Assembly (NCBI GenBank): GCA_943787465.1
Contig: CALSMN010000003.1
Span: 65,093-129,092, forward strand
Length of the DNA stretch: 64,000 bases
DNA from: an uncultured Bacteroidia bacterium
GTDB lineage: Bacteria > Bacteroidota > Bacteroidia > NS11-12g > UBA9320
Direction of reading: 5' to 3'
Shown here: positions 58,992 through 64,000 of the stretch, in pieces
Layout of the letters: every line of letters starts with the position of its first letter
Numbering within the stretch: position 1 is the stretch's first letter
Position numbers and translations under genes: made by a program
The notes under the pieces: model-generated
Told to the model about the DNA's origin: nothing
The model's database searches: none
The model's input: only the letters and a program-made list of their open reading frames with translations

Positions 58992-60609
58992 CTACATTAT
59001 ATTTTTGAACGGGTGCATGGTTAGCCATTTCTATACCCGTGCTTATCCATTTTCGTGTATCCAATGGATTGATAATTTCATCTACCCAAAGTCTGGAGGC
59101 GGCATACTCTGGAGTCGTTTGTTTATTGTAGCGATCGATTATTTTTTGAAGTAATTCTTGTTCTTTTTCTGGCGTAATATCTTCTCCTTTTTTAGCCAAT
59201 GATGCTTTTTCTATTTGTAGCAATACTTGCGCTGCTTGTTCGCCACCCATTACAGCAATTTTTGCTGACGGCCACGCTAGAATTAGTCTTGGGTCGTAAG
59301 CCTTGCCACACATAGCATAATTGCCAGCTCCATAACTATTGCCTAAGATTACCGTAAATTTAGGTACTGTACTGTTACTCATTGCATTCACCATTTTGGC
59401 ACCATCTTTTATTATGCCTCCATGCTCGCTTCTGCTCCCTACCATAAATCCGGTAACATCTTGAAGAAAAACCAATGGAATTTTCTTTTGATTACAGTTC
59501 ATAATAAATCGAGCTGCTTTATCTGCACTATCCGAGTAAATGACTCCTCCAAATTGCATTTCTCCTTTTTTATTTTTTATGATCTCTCGATTGTTGGCAA
59601 CAATACCTACCGCCCAACCATCTATTCGGGCATACCCACAAAGAATAGTTTTACCAAAATTCGCTTTATATTCTTCAAATACAGATTCATCTACCAAACG
59701 TTTGATAATATCGATACTGGCATAGGGTTTTGATCGTTCAAAGGGTAATATTCCATTTAAATCTTGACTATTTCCTTTGGGCAATAGTGCTTTTTTGCGG
59801 TTAAAACCAGCTAAATTAAAATCCCCTATTTTGTCTACCAAAAACTTTATTCGATCCAGACATGCTTCATCATTAGGGAATCGATCATCAATTACTCCAG
59901 ACAAATCAGTTTGAGATATGGAGCCTCCTAATGTTTCGTTATCAATGGTTTCTCCAATGGCTGCTTTTACAAGATAACTTCCTGCTAGGAAAATACTGCC
60001 GGTTTTGTCAACGATTAGTGCTTCATCGCTCATAATCGGGAGGTAGGCACCGCCTGCAACACAGCTTCCCATAACTGCAGCAATTTGAGGAATTCCTTTA
60101 CTACTAAGTATAGCATTATTTCTAAATATTCTGCCAAAGTGTTCTTTATCGGGAAATATTTCGTCTTGTAGGGGCAGATATACACCCGCACTATCTACCA
60201 AGTAAATAATAGGTATATGATTTTCTAGGGCTATTTCTTGTAGACGTAGATTCTTTTTAGCTGTAATTGGAAACCATGCACCAGCTTTTACAGTAGCATC
60301 ATTGGCTACTACTACACATAGTTTTCCAGATACTCGAGTGATCCCTCCGACTACACCTCCAGAAGGACAGCCTCCATGTTCTGCATACATATCATGACCC
60401 GTGAAGGTGCCTATCTCCATGAAATCAGCATCTTTATCCTTGAGATAGTTGATCCGCTCTCGAGCAAGGAGTTTTCCCTTATCATGTTGTTTCGCTGCAG
60501 CTTTCACTCCTCCACCATGATAAATTTTTAGTCTTAAATCCTGATATATTTTTTGCAAGCGTTGGTTCTTGTCCTGATTCGCGTTGAATGTCAAATCTGT
60601 GTTACTCAT
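58975..60609 (-). CDS. Acyl-CoA carboxylase carboxyltransferase subunit (methylcrotonyl-CoA / propionyl-CoA carboxylase beta-chain-like)
   Basis: Two crotonase-like carboxyltransferase halves. 544 aa. Confidence 0.85.
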   Translation of the reverse strand: MSNTDLTFNANQDKNQRLQKIYQDLRLKIYHGGGVKAAAKQHDKGKLLARERINYLKDKDADFMEIGTFTGHDMYAEHGGCPSGGVVGGITRVSGKLCVVVANDATVKAGAWFPITAKKNLRLQEIALENHIPIIYLVDSAGVYLPLQDEIFPDKEHFGRIFRNNAILSSKGIPQIAAVMGSCVAGGAYLPIMSDEALIVDKTGSIFLAGSYLVKAAIGETIDNETLGGSISQTDLSGVIDDRFPNDEACLDRIKFLVDKIGDFNLAGFNRKKALLPKGNSQDLNGILPFERSKPYASIDIIKRLVDESVFEEYKANFGKTILCGYARIDGWAVGIVANNREIIKNKKGEMQFGGVIYSDSADKAARFIMNCNQKKIPLVFLQDVTGFMVGSRSEHGGIIKDGAKMVNAMSNSTVPKFTVILGNSYGAGNYAMCGKAYDPRLILAWPSAKIAVMGGEQAAQVLLQIEKASLAKKGEDITPEKEQELLQKIIDRYNKQTTPEYAASRLWVDEIINPLDTRKWISTGIEMANHAPVQKYNVGVIQT

Positions 60610-60726
60610 ATAGATGGGCTCAAACGTACTAAAAAATGGGGACAGTTCCTTACAGGTTTCTTTTCATTTTAACTAAAAATTGGATATGCTGCTGATTTTT
60701 TTCAATAAATAAAAACGGTAATTAGA

Positions 60727-60756
60727 TTGTATAGGACTTGGGGCTGTTTATTTTTG
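60727..60756 (+). promoter_or_regulatory. Bacteroidetes-type promoter (-33 TTG and -7 TAnnTTTG) for the SRP RNA
   Basis: TTG at 60727-60729 and TATTTTTG at 60749-60756, with 19-nt spacing. The RNA 5-prime helix begins about 5 nt downstream. Confidence 0.4.
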
Positions 60757-60760
60757 TACC

Positions 60761-60845
60761 GGCTGACACGACCAGCTCCCTCCGAACTCCCCCAGGGCAG
60801 GAATGCAGCAAGGGTAAGAGGTTGTAGCGGTGCGATGTCAGCCAT
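60761..60845 (+). ncRNA. ffs: Signal recognition particle RNA (small 4.5S type)
   Basis: Terminal helix GGCUGACA ... UGUCAGCC, and an internal CAGGGCAGGAAUGCAGCAAGG resembling the conserved domain IV GGAAGGAAGCAGC motif. Followed by a T-rich tract. Confidence 0.55.
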
Positions 60846-60941
60846 TTTTGTTTTACACTATCTTGATGTGGGGTTATTGCCTTTTTTACTATAAAATTTC
60901 AATTCCTATCCTTACATTCGCCAAAACACATTGTATACGAT

Positions 60942-61598
60942 ATGAAATTTTTTATAGACACGGCCAATCTTGACCAAATCAAAGAAGCCAGTGATTTGGG
61001 TATATTGGATGGAGTAACTACCAATCCATCGCTAATGGCCAAGGAAGGAATAACAGGTGAGGCCCATATTAAAGCCCATTACAAAACTATTTGCGATTTA
61101 GTGGACGGAGATATTAGTGCGGAGGTCATTGCAACTGATTTTGAATCCATGATTTCTGAAGGGAAAGCTTTGGCAGATATTCATGAAAATATTGTAGTCA
61201 AGGTTCCCATGACGAAGGATGGGATCAAAGCTATTCGCTGGTTTTCAGACCATGATATTCGGACCAATTGCACCCTCGTATTTTCAGCGGGTCAAGCTAT
61301 TTTAGCTGCTAAAGCTGGAGCGACATATCTCTCCCCATTTATTGGTCGAGTTGATGATATGAATTGGGATGGTATAGAGCTCATTGCTCAAATTGCAGAT
61401 ATCTATACGATTCAAGGTTTTTCTACCGAAATTTTAGCGGCTTCTATTCGTAATCCATTACACATTGTTCGTGCAGCCGAAGCAGGTGCCGACGTATGTA
61501 CCTGCCCTTTATCTTCCATATTAGGGTTATTAAAACATCCACTCACAGATATTGGGTTAGCCCAATTTTTGGCTGATCATAAAAAAGCAAAAGGATAG
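60942..61598 (+). CDS. tal: Fructose-6-phosphate aldolase / short transaldolase family protein
   Basis: FIDTAN ... GVTTNPSL ... the Schiff-base lysine region VKVP, and a length of 218 aa. Confidence 0.85.
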   Translation: MKFFIDTANLDQIKEASDLGILDGVTTNPSLMAKEGITGEAHIKAHYKTICDLVDGDISAEVIATDFESMISEGKALADIHENIVVKVPMTKDGIKAIRWFSDHDIRTNCTLVFSAGQAILAAKAGATYLSPFIGRVDDMNWDGIELIAQIADIYTIQGFSTEILAASIRNPLHIVRAAEAGADVCTCPLSSILGLLKHPLTDIGLAQFLADHKKAKG

Positions 61599-61616
61599 TT
61601 TTTTAATGAATTTGTT

Positions 61617-62342
61617 ATGAAGCCAATTGTCATCATTCCCACGTACAATGAAAAAGAAAATATTGTAGCTATGCTAGATAAGGTCATGTCATTGGATGTA
61701 GACTTTGATGTGTTAGTTGTGGATGATAATTCTCCGGATGGTACGGCTGATTTGGTAAAAATGCAACAATCGAATTATCCTCAAATTCACTTACTCGAAA
61801 ATGGGGCTAAAAATGGTTTAGGAACTGCTTATATTAATGGTTTTCATTGGTGCTTGGAACGGGATTATGCCTATATTTTCGAAATGGATTGTGATTTTTC
61901 GCATAATCCTGAAGACCTCATTCGGCTTTTGGATGAACTCGAAAACGGCACGTGTGATTTGGTTGTAGGTTCGCGTTATGTAGGGAATGTCGTGAATGTC
62001 GTTAATTGGCCTATGGGTAGAGTTTTACTCAGTTACTTTGCGTCAGCATATGTTCGTTTTTTTACTCGCATGAAATTATCGGATGCTACTGCAGGTTTTG
62101 TGGGGTATTCGAGAAAACTATTATCGACCATAGATTTAAATGCTATCAAGTTTAGGGGATATGCCTTTCAGATTGAAATGAAATATACGGCTTTTCGATT
62201 GGGGTATCCTATCAAAGAGATTCCCATCATATTTGCCAATCGAACGGCCGGTGAATCGAAAATGCATGGAGGCATCATCAAAGAAGCGTTGATTGGTGTT
62301 CTTCAATTGCGTTTTAAGTCTATACGCCCCAAAAAATCTTAA
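61617..62342 (+). CDS. Polyprenol-phosphate mannosyltransferase (dolichyl-phosphate beta-D-mannosyltransferase-like, GT2)
   Basis: IVIIPTYNEKENI ... VVDDNSPDGT ... EMDCDFSH signature of Dpm1-like GT2 enzymes. Confidence 0.85.
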   Translation: MKPIVIIPTYNEKENIVAMLDKVMSLDVDFDVLVVDDNSPDGTADLVKMQQSNYPQIHLLENGAKNGLGTAYINGFHWCLERDYAYIFEMDCDFSHNPEDLIRLLDELENGTCDLVVGSRYVGNVVNVVNWPMGRVLLSYFASAYVRFFTRMKLSDATAGFVGYSRKLLSTIDLNAIKFRGYAFQIEMKYTAFRLGYPIKEIPIIFANRTAGESKMHGGIIKEALIGVLQLRFKSIRPKKS

Positions 62343-62481
62343 ATATTCATACGCATTTCATCCATTAAAAAGGGGCTGAAGTGTGAACACTCCAACCCCT
62401 GATGTAATTAATTATTTGTTGTCAAATAATTAACGACTATGAAAATAAACAATCAATCTGAACCCTTACCGAACAGATCAA

Positions 62482-62507
62482 TTGGCTATTCTCAAATAGC
62501 CAAGGCA
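62482..62507. other. Perfect 9-bp inverted repeat (hairpin) in a long non-coding region
   Basis: TTGGCTATT-ctcaa-ATAGCCAAG. Confidence 0.3.
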
Positions 62508-62541
62508 AAATGAAATGGCCTATATTTTCAATGAAGGATAT

Positions 62542-62569
62542 AAAAAAGGCTGCTTAAGCAGCCTTTTTT
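62542..62569. terminator. Bidirectional rho-independent terminator-like palindrome
   Basis: AAAAAA-GGCTGCTTAAGCAGCC-TTTTTT, a 16-nt perfect palindrome flanked by A and T runs. Confidence 0.55.
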
Positions 62570-62596
62570 AACCCGTACTATACTCCGCTAGGGGAA

Positions 62597-62779
62597 TTAG
62601 TATTTTACAATACGAACATGCTTTTGTATACCATCTGTTTGAAGGGTAGCCATATAAACACCAGCGGGAAGATGGCTATAAATATGATATTGGTCATATT
62701 TGGATATGATTTTTATACATATTTTTAAAAAAATAGAACTTATAAATGCAAAAAGCCCTTGCCTATTTAAATTAGGCAA
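62597..62779 (-). pseudogene. Relic of a T9SS type-A C-terminal sorting domain (terminal approximately 25 aa), probably a remnant of a lost cargo gene
   Basis: The minus-strand translation ends HLPAGVYMATLQTDGIQKHVRIVKY-stop, matching the CTD end consensus LP.GVY.v.L.TdG....K.IVK. There is no upstream body, because atpC follows immediately. Confidence 0.35.
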
Positions 62780-62789
62780 GGGCTTTTTG
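62749..62789 (-). terminator. Rho-independent terminator downstream of atpC
   Basis: AAAGCCCTTGCCT-atttaaatt-AGGCAAGGGCTTT, a 13-bp perfect stem with T-runs on both strands. Confidence 0.7.
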
Positions 62790-62809
62790 GTTATGAGTTG
62801 GAGCTTATA

Positions 62810-63039
62810 CTAAGCCAGAACAATCACTTTATTTTGGAGTACTTCTACAATACCCCCAGTTATATCAAATGTTTCTTCTCCTTGAGCAGTACGGACAATT
62901 ATTTGACCTTTTTCAAGACTAGAGAGGAGTGGGGCGTGATTGGCTAGAGCCTCAAAAGATCCTCCACTGCCAGGTAGTTTGACAGAAACAGCTTCGCCAC
63001 TGAAAAGAATCTTATCTGGTGTTATTACTTCAACTATCA

Positions 63040-63040
<1 letters not shown>
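62810..63040 (-). CDS. atpC: F0F1 ATP synthase subunit epsilon
   Basis: 76-aa N-terminal beta-sandwich-only epsilon (IVTPDKILFSGEA ... GIVEV). ATGA overlap with atpD. Confidence 0.9.

Positions 63041-64000
<960 letters not shown>

Noticed and set aside
60720-60860. Structured element considered as a tRNA or riboswitch
   Set aside because: It has no cloverleaf, anticodon arm or T-loop GTTC motif, and sits between convergent genes rather than in a 5-prime UTR. The terminal helix plus the GGAAUGCAGC motif fits SRP RNA better.
62597-62779. 60-aa minus-strand ORF as a genuine small protein gene
   Set aside because: No signal peptide or RBS context. The C-terminus is a fragment of a T9SS CTD and it overlaps the atpC terminator hairpin. 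More parsimonious as a gene relic.

Overview
This 64 kb window reads as a chromosomal segment from a low-GC (about 35%) Bacteroidota genome, most likely a Flavobacteriia- or Cytophagia-like organism that uses a type IX secretion system (T9SS). Most of it is housekeeping: bcp, ssb, tonB, gcvH, accD, galE, mnmE, trmB, gmhA, murI, two skp copies, greA, ruvC, gltA, tal, atpC and atpD, together with SurA-like PPIases and a MoxR ATPase. Around this sits a set of T9SS-related cell-surface genes. One is a 1503-aa M4 (thermolysin-like) metalloprotease with PKD domains, tandem repeat modules and a type-B T9SS C-terminal domain (CTD). Another is a putative porU (CTD signal peptidase) plus porV operon, preceded by a 1268-aa TonB-dependent-receptor-like outer-membrane barrel. 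There are also two short relics of type-A T9SS CTDs in otherwise non-coding DNA. Further points of interest are a five-gene minus-strand operon that looks like a persulfide or thiol-sulfur handling module, a degraded ECF sigma factor fused to a PKD-domain fragment in front of an intact anti-sigma-like barrel protein, a frameshift-split dsbD, a putative SRP (4.5S) RNA with a Bacteroidetes-type promoter, and an AT-rich orphan gene that has displaced a T9SS cargo gene. I found no CRISPR array, transposase, integrase or recognisable defence system. All assignments come from reading the translated ORFs for conserved motifs and cannot be confirmed without homology searches.
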